Shown in pieces: positions 49,508-60,472 of a stretch of 64,000 bases of DNA (its first letter is position 1; every line of letters begins with the position of its first letter). The translations under genes were made by a program, and so were the position numbers. The stretch is from Pelomyxa schiedti (lineage: Eukaryota > Protista > Evosea): the NCBI GenBank assembly GCA_020536535.1, contig JAHLWZ010000498.1:27998-91997 (forward strand), in the 5' to 3' direction. The notes below the pieces were generated by a model, which was not told where the DNA came from, did not search any database, and worked only from the letters and a program-made list of their open reading frames with translations.

Positions 49508-52500
49508 ATGATTGTTGGGGGACCAAAGGTCCGCGTGGTCGGCGGTTATGTCGTGCTGGCTGTGGGTGTGGCGGCTGCCTTGGTCGCAATTATGGGTCGC
49601 GGCGTCGATTCCTACTCCTCCTCTGTCGACGCCGTCACGGGCCTCATCTCGCGCGTGATGTCGCGCCGCGACGCGTCGTGCGGCCCCGCCCCGACGTTCG
49701 CCCTTTCGCTCGTCGACGCCTTCGGGGCCGACGACGCCGGCGCAGGCGTCGCCGATTCGTTTTCGGTGTGGAGCGACGGCGGCTCGAGCGAGGTCAACGT
49801 CGAGGGAACGTCGGGCGTCGCGTTGGCGTCGGGGTTCCATTGGTACCTCAAGTACTACGCAATGTGCTCCATCTCTTGGTATGACTGTTGGCATATGCAA
49901 TTTTTCCCCTTCTTCATCGTTTGTGAAGGCCTATGTTTTTTTTTTCTGTTCGGATTTGAGTGCGGTTGGTGCTTTGGGGGCTGTGATTGGCGGGGAATGT
50001 GAAGTTGTGACTTATGGGTTTGTTTGTTTGTTTGTTTGTTCAAAGGTTGGGGGATCAGCTTTGCTTGCCGGATATTTCACCCAAGGTGGAGAAGTTCACG
50101 ATGGAGAGTCCTTATGAATATGGATACTATATGAACACTTGCACTTTGGGATACTCGACTGTTTGGTGGGTCAGTGCCCCGTCCCACAAGTCGTTTTCAT
50201 TATGCAGTACAAATATCGGTTTTTTTTTTGACAGGACTGGGACCGCTGGGAACAAGAGATCGACTGGATGGCTATGAATGGTGTCAACCTGCCACTTGCA
50301 TTTGTTGGCCAGGAATACATCTGGCAGCAAGTGTACAATGAATTGGGCATTCCTTTTGAAGATTTGGATGACTTTTTTGGCGGTCCGGCTTTCCTTCCCT
50401 GGCAGAGGATGGGAAATGTGGATGGATGGCCCTGTATGCTACCTCTGTGATTATAATTAAGGGTATTGGCTCATTGATTGTTTTTTAGCTCCACTTTCTT
50501 CATCATGGATGCAAAAACAGAAAAATTTGCAACTTCAAGTAACACAGCCATATTGCATGTCTTCTCTTTTAAATTTCAAAGATTCTTGAGCGAATGAGAT
50601 CATTTGATATGAGACCAATACTTCCAGGATTCTCAGGCCATGTCCCGCGTGCTCTGACAACGTACTATCCTGGGGCAACTGTCACACAGTTGTCTCCTTG
50701 GGCAGACGGATTTAATGGAACATTCTTCCTAGATCCATTTGATCCATTATTTGCGGCTGTAAGCTTTCTTTTCTAAACCTTTTCTATTCACGTAAAATGT
50801 GAAGATAGGAGAGTTGCTGATGACGTCACTGGCAGAAACATTTGGCACGGATCACATTTATAATTGTGACCCCTTCAATGAAAACACACCTCCCAGTAAT
50901 GACCCTGATTACTTGTCCCAAGTCGCAAAAGCGGTAGGCACGCCATTATCGTAGATTTGTTGGCATCATGCTTTCCTTAGATTTACTCTTCTATGGCAGC
51001 AACAGACCCAGAAGCTCTGTGGGTATTGCAAGGCTGGTTTCTGGTGAATGACGCTGACTTTTGGCAACCACCACAAGTGGAGGCATTCCTCAATGCAAGT
51101 GAGATTCAATCCAATCACTCAACTCTATTGTGCAGACCTATTAAATAGTTGATGACTCACAAATGTTGATTCTGGACCTTTTCGCCGAAGAGAGGCCAAT
51201 ATGGAACACAGGCTTGTTCTTTGGAAAACCTTTTATCTGGAATATGCTGCAAAATTTTGGTGGCCGCCCAGGGTAGCTATATCTCCCAAAAAATCTCTTT
51301 CTAAAAAAAAAAACAACATCAGGATGTTCGCTGCAATGGACAATGTGGCACAGTGGCCTCTGGATGCTTTATCAAATACTACAGTTGACATGGTTGGCAC
51401 AGGATTTACTCCTGAGGCAATTGAGACAAATCCTGTTGGTGAGACTGAACTCATCATTTGCCACAAAATGTTAATGTCAACTGACAGTATATGATCTGAT
51501 GAGTGAAATGCACTGGCGGACGAGTCCTTTCGACCTGGACCTTTGGGTTGAGGAGTATGCAGTCAGGCGTTATGGAGCAGACAGTGCATCAGCCAAGCAA
51601 GCATGGAGTTTACTTCAGCATAGCATCTTCAATTGCAACACCACTCAAGAAGGCCCTTCTGCTATAATCGCTGGAGGAAGGCCTGATGTAAGAATTGAAC
51701 GCGTTGGGTGTTGTGCAACAACAGAGATATACTGGGACCCAAAGGATGTTTGTGATGCCTGGGATTTATTGTTAAGAGACTCTGACACATTGAAATCCCA
51801 AGCCACATATAGGAACGACCTTGCTCAAGTTACTCTGCAGGTAATCCCAAGAGTCATAAATAATACTGGGAAAAAACATTTCCCCAGGTTCTGTCAAGTA
51901 TTATGACAAACTATTGGAGAACCCTCGTATCCAGTTTTTACAAAAGCGATGCTTCAACATTCGAGCAGGCCGCACAAAACATCGAAACCATCATTGCGGA
52001 AATGGACCAAATTCTGGCCGTTAGTATTTCCTGTGTTTTGTTCTTTTGAGTTTGACACTGAAGCACTTTACAGACACAGGATGCCTATTTGCTTGGGAAA
52101 TGGCTTTCCGCAGCCAAGTCATGGGGAGACTCTGAAGATGAACAACTCGTGTACCAGTACAACGCCAGATTGCAAATAACACTGTGGAGTCTACCCCTTA
52201 CATCTCTTAATGATTACGCGTGTGTACTTGTCCTTCCTTTCTATTCAAATTCCCCAAGAATGTTCCGCCTAAAAACTCACTCATTACTTAAAAAAGGTAT
52301 AAGATGTGGGCCGGACTCACGCGCACATTCCAGCTGAGCCGATGGCAAACCTTTATAGATGACCTGAGGCCGTTTGTCTCTACACCGTCGTTATGGGATA
52401 GGAAGGCCTACTTGGCCAAAGTTGGGGCTGTGGAAGAAGACTGGACCCTGATGACTGATGACTGGAACTATTCCACAACACCAACAGGTGATGCTGTTGC

Positions 52501-52543
52501 CATTGCCACCTCACTTAGGGATAAATACCTGTCCCAGTGTTGA
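49508..52543 (+). CDS. NAGLU: Alpha-N-acetylglucosaminidase (GH89)
   Basis: [75 protein letters not shown] and TPEAIETNP (the two catalytic Glu), [19 protein letters not shown]. Confidence 0.97.
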
Positions 52544-52613
52544 GGAGGCCCAAAGAACCATTTTTTTCCATTGTGTGAAAGAAGTTTCTATTATTTTCCT
52601 GTTCTTTTTTACA

Positions 52614-54621
52614 TCAGGAGCTCAACTCGTTTTGTTGTTGCTCGCTCACATCCTCTTCATCATCAGAATCCTCATCATAACTATGGGGTATTGGAGGGTT
52701 TTTGGGCGTGGCAGACAGAGTGGCCCACTGTGAAACAAGGTCACGTGGCAGAGGGATGGGTGGGCAGATGTCAATGCAATCATTGGGTGAAATCAGCCAT
52801 ATGAACGGCACTACGGAATCGGGCAGGGGTGAATAAACGTACGGAAGGATCCCGGAATCCCAGAGCCCAAGGCATTTGTTGTCCATGTCAATCACAACGC
52901 CAATATCTTGGAATGGGTTTGCGTGTTCAACGCCAAACATGGATTCGATGCGGCGGGAATTCTGTGCTGAATGTGAGTTGGAAGAAACGGCAGAAAGAAA
53001 AGAATAACAAACCCAAATGAAATTCAAACTGGCACCGCCGTGGTAGTATCCAAAGAACCCTCGCTGGTGCTCCACGTCGTGATTGAGGGACGAGGGAGTT
53101 GTTGCTGCAGCAAGGACAACAGAGGGGCTGATAAGGGTGGCATCCATCACGCCAATACTCATGGCATAGCCTCGATAATGAACATGACCCTTGAACAACC
53201 ATACTCCCCTGGAAATCCGCATGTCGAAGAAGAGTGTGGCATAATTCTTCGAATCAAAACTGTCATCATCTGTCGGGTGGTGTATAACTCTCAGACAATG
53301 CCCACAAGTCCTTCAAGGAGTTTAAATGAGAATCAAACTGATTTTCAGTAACGTAACGAAGGTGAATCAAAGAAAAAAGGACAATACCTCTGAATAGTAA
53401 TTGGTAAAGTGCTGAGTGACTTTAGTGGAGCACAAGCGAACCGGTAGAAGTNNNNNNNNNNNNNNNNNNNNNNNNNNNNNNNNNNNNNNNNNNNNNNNNN
53501 NNNNNNNNNNNNNNNNNNNNNNNNNNNNNNNNNNNNNNNNNNNNNNNNNNNAATCAAACTGATTTTCAGTAACGTAACGAAGGTGAATCAAAGAAAAAAG
53601 GACAATACCTCTGAATAGTAATTGGTAAAGTGCTGAGTGACTTTAGTGGAGCACAAGCGAACCGGTAGAAGTCCTTCCAACAAGAAAAAGGCTCCGGTGT
53701 CAAAGGAAGAGTCCCCCATTCGGATACCGCTTTCTGAACCACTTCACACTCACCAGTACTTGCTGTTGGACCAATGCCACCAACTTTCCACACCACTGGG
53801 TGGCGTTCCTCAGCGACCTCAATCTCGACATGTTCCTCGTCATTACCAGCATCAGTAGCATCACCAGAACCACTGTTTTACAGCATTAGAACCTTCACCC
53901 ATAAACCCTCTCCCATAACCCAATCTCGCAGTGTGACGCGCAACTACCTACCCGTCAACAATCATCGTCGTCATTCGTTCCAGCCACAAGCTCTGGTGCC
54001 TTTTAGGGCGTGGCACTTCAAAAACCCTGTCGGCCAGCGGCCTCGCAAGCAAGTGCCTTTTCACCAAATGATGCCAAAGCAACTGCTGGCCCCCGTCCCC
54101 GCCCTCATCTACNNNNNNNNNNNNNNNNNNNNNNNNNNNNNNNNNNNNNNNNNNNNNNNNNNNNNNNNNNNNNNNNNNNNNNNNNNNNNNNNNNNNNNNN
54201 NNNNNNNNNNNNTCTGGTGCCTTTTAGGGCGTGGCACTTCAAAAACCCTGTCGGCCAGCGGCCTCGCAAGCAAGTGCCTTTTCACCAAATGATGCCAAAG
54301 CAACTGCTGGCCCCCGTCCCCGCCCTCATCTACATCGACGGTTCCCATAACTCCCGTTGTTCCCTCGCCACCGACTACCGTCGTCGTGGCCGTGGCCGTG
54401 GTCGTGCTCCGCGGTACACACGACGCGGCAACAGATCGGCCGCCGTCGATGAGGCACAACCACAGGCGGCACACCCTCGTGCACAGAGCCAATGTCGTGG
54501 GCTCGAGAGCCGCAAGTACGCGACGGAGCAGCTCGCGGGGAAGTACCTCGTTCAGTGCCGGAGTGGCCTCACCAGAGACTGTTACCGACACTCCTCCTGC
54601 AGGGTGTTCTGCGTCGTCCAT
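52614..54621 (-). CDS. F-box plus SPRY-like domain protein (spans two artefactual gaps)
   Basis: F-box LPRELLRRVLAALEPTTLALCTRVCRLW. SPRY-like C-terminus ISRGVWLF...SIGVM...DIGVVIDMDNKCLGLW...LPDSVVPFIWL. Confidence 0.7.
53331..53672. other. 100-N gap flanked by exact 121-bp direct duplication (assembly artefact)
   Basis: 53331-53451 is identical to 53552-53672. Confidence 0.9.
53992..54333. other. 100-N gap flanked by exact 121-bp direct duplication (assembly artefact)
   Basis: 53992-54112 is identical to 54213-54333. Confidence 0.9.
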
Positions 54622-54723
54622 GATTTGTTTCAGAAAAGTGAGGTGAAAAAAAAAAAGCGTTTGCAAGCTTTTATTGGTGCCATGGGGGTTGCCTGGTCAA
54701 ACTGTTGGTTTTTTGACCCCGAC

Positions 54724-57342
54724 TTAAAGTGGGGCCCACACTTCGATTTCACTGACCAGCCATGTGTTGTATGTTCCAGCAAGGTATTCATTTGGGGGGT
54801 TGTGTGGCGGTGTCTCCATGTAACTGGCATTGTCAACGCTCGTGTAGCTGCCTGTGTTTGTGTTGCAGTTGTCACAAATGTACAAGCAGTGGCATGGACC
54901 GTAGGTTGGTCCATAACCCCTGCCACCATAAATGCAGTTGCTGTGGCCTTTGCACCTGAGGATTGTTCCTGTTGTGGTTCCCGCCCGAACAAGGCTGTAT
55001 AAAAACGTGCGTCCCCCACACCCACTTTGCCAGCCATTAATGAATGGCAGGTGTGAATAGCCTCCAAATATATCTGTGTGCCACTTAATAAGTTTTAGCT
55101 ATAGGGAGTCGGAACACACAGTTTGACGATGATCTGACGATAACCAGTGCTGACGCGATGTTGTCGCACAGTTCATGGAACTTTGCAGCAGTGAAACCGT
55201 GGTCTGATCCACGCCACAGCAGCCGCCACGTTGTGTTTGTCATCTTGTGGCCCATGGCACCCTCTGCGCCGACAACCATCTCGTGCAACTTGTTGTCGAG
55301 TTCACGTGTCGTGAGTATCTTGCTTCCTCGGAATGCTCTGTGTGTTGCGAATCGCTGTTTGTTTGTTGTTTTGAAGTGATTGAACAAGGGACACACCGAT
55401 CAACAACAACAGGAATGACGAGAGGAGATCCAACGATGTGGACGTTGTTGAATTTGACTGTGAGAGTGTGATCACCAGTTGGACTCGGTGTCATTCTAAC
55501 TGTCAGGTGTCCTCGTCCCTTCTCCGCGTTTTCTTCCATCAAAATTTTGGTTGTCGTCCCATCATTCCCTGGGCTCTGAATAATAATGGTTGGGCTATTA
55601 CTGGATGAATTGGAAATGAGGAGGGGGATAACCGAGCAAGAACAAGTGAGTCCCGATGTGCACGTGGAGGGTTGCCCTGTTTTGTCACACACTTGTATTG
55701 TTGCAACAACAATCGGCTCATTTCCGAGGAATATTTGCCCTGTCTCCGTTCTCACAATCTTGCTTTGTGTTGCATCAACTGTCGTGTGTCAGATAAGGTT
55801 TTGACGCATTGGATATCTTGGTGTTGGCGACAAAGAAGAACCTGGAGGAAGAAGCTGCAAGTCCCTGATGACTGCGGAAAGGTGACTGCAGTCAAGTGGC
55901 GCTTCCTCGAGTTGTGCTGATGCACCTGGAACTAACGCACTCCCACTTGGGAACTGTGTTGCCAAACTGGCTGCATGAATGGCAACAACTCCAAAACTCA
56001 CGAATGCAAACGGATCTTCTTCACTCACTCTTTTGTTGGACATCTCGGCACATGAAATCTGGGATGAACTTTAAGCAACACAAAACCAAAGAGAAACTGG
56101 CACACTCCACAGTTGACTGATGCAAGTTGGTCCTCCACAGAATGTATTTGCGCATCAAGCGTGCTGTATCTTGATTTCTGCTTGGTTTCAACAAAGTTGC
56201 ACAGTTCAATCTTCTTTTCTTCCAATAACTTATGCATTTCATTGATCTGCAAGTAATAATAAGCCAAACGGGAAGCGAAGGGGAAGGATACTGCTTGTTC
56301 AATTGCGGTGCATCTGGTTTTTTCCTCAACTTCTGTTTCTGTTTTTGTTGTTTCAAGTTTTTCTTTGAAAGTCTTGAAGCAGATGGTAAGGTGGTGAACT
56401 GAAAATTTACAAGTCTAATACAAGATATAAAAAACAATACTGTCAGTTCAGTCCTTCGTTCTGAAAGGTGTACTTCTTTTGACCGGATTTGGGGTGCAAT
56501 TTCTTTTTTTGCCTGGTCGAGGTCCACACATTCGTGCTTTCTGTGCTGTTTCAATGCCAATTAACTTGTGGAACAACACCAGCAATAGCATTTAGAAAAG
56601 GAGATACACACCGATCCAACAATCCAACACTTGTCACAGATGACTTCATTGCACTGTTTGCAAAACAGTTCCCTTTTTTCCTTCTTGTGTATCGGGCACC
56701 TTTTTGGTGACCCAAGTGGTGTTGGGGGATTCCCCAAGTCAATAACAACATGTGACTTGTATATTGGTAATTCATGAACTTGTTTGTAGTGTTTTGCACA
56801 AAGCTAAGAAAAGCCTCAGGTAGAAAATCGAAAGTGAAGGAACGCATACCAGTCCACAGGTTTCACACTTGACAGATGCAGGCCGCTTTCCACAACCACA
56901 CAGACCAGAATTTGAAGCATTTTTGTTCTGTTGCTCCAGTGAAGAGGCACCACCAACCACAGCACGAAGTGCCACATTCACAGTCAGTGCGTTTGAGTCC
57001 AAAACAGTTCCACACCCAAATCCACACTTGACATCCTTCAAAACAAAACAAAAAAAGTTGAGACTTAAAAGGAGCACCAAACAAACCAACAAAACGAGCG
57101 TACATTTGTGAGGGTGTTTGCAGCGAGTTGTTTCTGAGCACAAGTGAGGCACACACTGTGAAAGCACTTTGGGAACGTGACAGGATCAACAAGTCTGCCA
57201 TGGCACACTTGGCACTCGAACTACGAATCGTTGTCATTAAAAAAAAAAACGTGACGGTACAAAAGCTATTCCGTAAAAAAAAACAAACTGGCTGAGGTGC
57301 GTCGGTTCTGTTGGTGGTTGTCCCTGGCAAGTTGTTCGCCAT
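54724..57342 (-). CDS. TRIM-like E3: RING, two B-boxes, coiled coil, filamin repeat, TLDc domain
   Basis: Spliced RING CQVCHGRLVDPVTFPKCFHSVCLTC...CGFGC. B-box1 CGCGKRPASVKCETC..LCAKH...H and B-box2 CPIHKKEKRELFCKQCNEVICDKC...HRKH. Filamin GDHTLTVKFNNVHIVGSP. TLDc WRLLWRGSDHGFTAAKFHELCD...IFGGY...FLYSL...YGPTYG...LVSEIEVW*. Confidence 0.88.
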
Positions 57343-57425
57343 TCACTCACGTGAGTTTCACAGAAAAACGAAAACTCATCATTAAGTGGTCGGATACAAC
57401 AACGCCCAGAACGCGATTGAACCAA

Positions 57426-58658
57426 CTACGACGAGGTGAGGAAAAGGGACTCATGGGTGAGTGTGAAAGAAGGGGGAGGTTCAAGGGGCAGTCGAAGCAA
57501 CCAGGCACCAGTTTCGGCATCACAGAGGTCGAGGTGTTCCCCATCATCAGAATAGTCCCACAACACCACACAGCCACACCCGCATTGGAACCTGGTGTGT
57601 GGGTTGAGCTGGAAGATGCGGCAGGGGTGATCAAAGTCATCCGTTGAGTACAGGTTCAGCTCGCGGTGGTGAAGAGAGGTGCCAACTTCCATGAAGTGCC
57701 GTGAGTCAACTTTGAATGGCTCGGAGTCGCAGGCACGAAGCTCAGTGTGGTTATGGAGAGTCTCCAGGTGATAATCCTTCCATTTCCGATTCTCATCATA
57801 TGGTGCAACAATCAGAGTGTCAGACTTGAACAATATTGCCATCCTCGCCAGCTTGCAAGCAAAATCGAGAACGTATGAATCTGTGACAATAAGTTGTTGT
57901 GACTCATAGGTCCCTGCCAAATCCACACGCCACACCTCACGGTGATAACTCCTACTATCGGCTTTCCATTCAGTCACATATAGGGCAGCCTCATTCTCAC
58001 ACAGGATGTCCATCCACTGCACTGACACCGCCGGTATTACGATCATTCTCATCAAGCCGGGGATAACTTGCACGGCAGCTGGCCACAGAACGATCGTGTG
58101 CTTGTCGTGCAACGCAGCCCAATTACCCCCAGTACAAAAATCACACGAGAATGATAAGGTGCCAATGGGCAAGCTGCGAATAGCACGATTGTTCAGCAAG
58201 TCGAAGACACAACTCTCCCGCTCGTCATATGCAACCACAGACCGGCCCCTCCCGGACACACCAAGACACAGCTTGCCCGCCCCCGGCACCTCTGTCCCCC
58301 ACACCTGGACCACCCCGAGAGTCGCCGATACACAGACATTCCAGCACCACCACCTCCTGCTCTCCCGTCGCTGGTTCCACTGCCGCACCCACTCCTCATG
58401 CTTCATATTCGCCGCCGGGCCCTTCTTCCTCCTCTTCGGGGCTGGGGCGACTTGCACTCCCATCGAGACGACCTTCGTCACAGCCATCACCCACCTGGCA
58501 CCGACCTCGTGCCGCAGGAGGAACGTGCCGAGCAGCCTCGCCCCGCTGAGACTCCCGCACCGGGGCAGCGAGCCTGCCCCCAGTGCAATGAGCTGGTCCC
58601 GCGCCCACCCAACGTGCGTCGCCTTGGCGCCCATCCTCGTCGCCTCTTGGTTGGACAT
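57426..58658 (-). CDS. GWARDQ-family intronless hypothetical protein, copy 1
   Basis: About 410-aa ORF; shares the N-terminal HVGWARDQ..ALGAGSLPRCG..SGARLL and C-terminal CDSEPFKVDSRHFMEVG...DLCDAETGAWLLR with its neighbours. Confidence 0.85.
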   Translation of the reverse strand: MSNQEATRMGAKATHVGWARDQLIALGAGSLPRCGSLSGARLLGTFLLRHEVGARWVMAVTKVVSMGVQVAPAPKRRKKGPAANMKHEEWVRQWNQRRESRRWWCWNVCVSATLGVVQVWGTEVPGAGKLCLGVSGRGRSVVAYDERESCVFDLLNNRAIRSLPIGTLSFSCDFCTGGNWAALHDKHTIVLWPAAVQVIPGLMRMIVIPAVSVQWMDILCENEAALYVTEWKADSRSYHREVWRVDLAGTYESQQLIVTDSYVLDFACKLARMAILFKSDTLIVAPYDENRKWKDYHLETLHNHTELRACDSEPFKVDSRHFMEVGTSLHHRELNLYSTDDFDHPCRIFQLNPHTRFQCGCGCVVLWDYSDDGEHLDLCDAETGAWLLRLPLEPPPSFTLTHESLFLTSS

Positions 58659-58884
58659 TTTTGGAAAAAGGAGGATGACAAGATACAAAGTAATGTACCA
58701 TAGGTATGTGTACAACTACTACGATGTCAGGAAAAGGGAAGTGCTGAACACTGAATGCCACAAACGTTGCAACCACTTGTCACTTGGCAGATGGGATGCT
58801 AGACCAGGTCAGAAATTTGTGAAGTGGAGCTCATGAACAACAGTGAAATTTGATTGACCTAGTCTCCCTCTGTGTTGGTTTGCG

Positions 58885-60087
58885 TCAGGATGAGGCGAGG
58901 AAGAGAGAATCCCGTTTGAGTTCCACACCAGGGGGAGATTCAAGGGGCAGTCGAAGCAACCAGGCACCAGTTTCGGCATCACAGAGGTCGAGGTGTTTCG
59001 CATCATCAGAATAATCCCACAACGCAACACATCCACATCCACATTGGAACTTGGTCTGTGGGTTCAGTAGGAACACATGGCATGGATGATCAAAGTCATC
59101 TGTCGAAAACACATTCAGCTGTCTCTGAAAAAGTGAGATCCCCACTTCCATGAAGTGCCTTGAATCCACCTTGAATGGTTCTGAGTCACAGGAATGCAGC
59201 TCAGTGTGTGGATGGAGAGCTTCCAGGTGATACTCCTTCCACTTGTGACGTTGATCATCTGGTGCAATGACCACCCTGTTATCCTTTGACAGCAGAGCCA
59301 TTGTCCGCAATACCAGTGAATCAACAACACATGACTGCGTGACAACAAGCTCTCGTGATTCGTAGGTCCTTTTCAAATCCACGCGCCACACCTCATTCTG
59401 CCTCACAACCTGGGAAACCATCACACTGACACTCAGCACAGCCTCGTCCCCCTCCAGCATGTCCACCCACATCAACGAAGTGCCCGCACGCACTTCGACG
59501 CGCTGCATCAGCCCGTCGACGCGCGCCGAAGCCGGCCACAGAACCATGCCGCTGTGCGCCGGCTCGTAAAACGCGCCCCAGCTGCCCCCGCCTCTGAAGC
59601 ACCACGGGTGCCACCTCGCCCCGCGGCTCAGAGTGAACAGCAGGCGGTTGCTCCCGACCTCGAATATGCACCTGTACCCGTCTGCAGCCCCGCACGCCAC
59701 GGCGGGCCCGCCGCCCCCGGACCACCCGAGCGCGTCCACGTCGAACGCGGCGGGCGCGGCCGACCGCACGACGCGGAGCACGCCGAGGGTCGCGGACACC
59801 GAGACCTGCCAGCACCACCACCGCTTCTTGGTGTTCCAGGGCCTGGGGTTGGGCCTCCTCCTCCGCTTGCCCCCCCGCCCATTGTCCCCCGCGCCCTCGG
59901 AGCCGCCGACGCCGAGCGCCACCACCTTTGCCGCGGCCATCGCCCACTTGAGCCCGATTTCGTGCCGGAGCAGGAAGGGTCCGAGCAGCCTCGCGCCGCT
60001 GCGACTCCCGCACCGAGGCAGCGAGCCTGCCCCCAGCGCAATGACCTGGTCCCGAGCCCACCCAACGTGAGTCGGTTCGGCGTCCAT
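58885..60087 (-). CDS. GWARDQ-family intronless hypothetical protein, copy 2
   Basis: 400-aa ORF, paralogous to copies 1 and 3. Confidence 0.85.
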   Translation of the reverse strand: MDAEPTHVGWARDQVIALGAGSLPRCGSRSGARLLGPFLLRHEIGLKWAMAAAKVVALGVGGSEGAGDNGRGGKRRRRPNPRPWNTKKRWWCWQVSVSATLGVLRVVRSAAPAAFDVDALGWSGGGGPAVACGAADGYRCIFEVGSNRLLFTLSRGARWHPWCFRGGGSWGAFYEPAHSGMVLWPASARVDGLMQRVEVRAGTSLMWVDMLEGDEAVLSVSVMVSQVVRQNEVWRVDLKRTYESRELVVTQSCVVDSLVLRTMALLSKDNRVVIAPDDQRHKWKEYHLEALHPHTELHSCDSEPFKVDSRHFMEVGISLFQRQLNVFSTDDFDHPCHVFLLNPQTKFQCGCGCVALWDYSDDAKHLDLCDAETGAWLLRLPLESPPGVELKRDSLFLASS

Positions 60088-60199
60088 CTCGAGCGAGAAC
60101 CAAGTTCTTTCAAGGAAAAAGTGATGGTTTGTTTCTTTCTTGCTTCAGGCGATTGGTAGAGCTACGTACGTGAAAAGTCTTCGACTACAGAATGATTGG

Positions 60200-60400
60200 T
60201 GATTGGTACCAAGTGTGGAACGCAGCACAATTCCCACCAGCCCTGAATTGCACCCAAGCCGTGGGGCTGAAAACTGCAGCTTGTCCCGTCGCTTACGCAG
60301 CTGCCATCACCCACTTGGCACCGATCTCGCAGCGCAGGAGGAACGGGCTCAGCAGCCTTGCGCCGCTGCCGGCCCCGCACCGAGGCAGCGGCATCCCCCA
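60200..60400 (-). pseudogene. Internally deleted fragment of a GWARDQ-family copy
   Basis: LPRCGAGSGARLLSPFLLRCEIGAKWVMAAA, then a stop, then FRAGGNCAAF, a motif lying ~100 aa further on in the intact copies. Confidence 0.75.
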
Positions 60401-60472
60401 GGAACATATATGGAACTGCTGCTATCATTGGAGCTGAGTGAATGGGTAATCAAGATTATGTGAGGCAGTTTT

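Noticed and set aside
53331-54333. Two exact 121-bp direct repeats flanking N gaps (possible LTR/TSD or tandem duplication)
   Set aside because: Same length at both gaps and 100% identity point to unmerged contig overlaps; collapsing them restores the F-box-SPRY gene.
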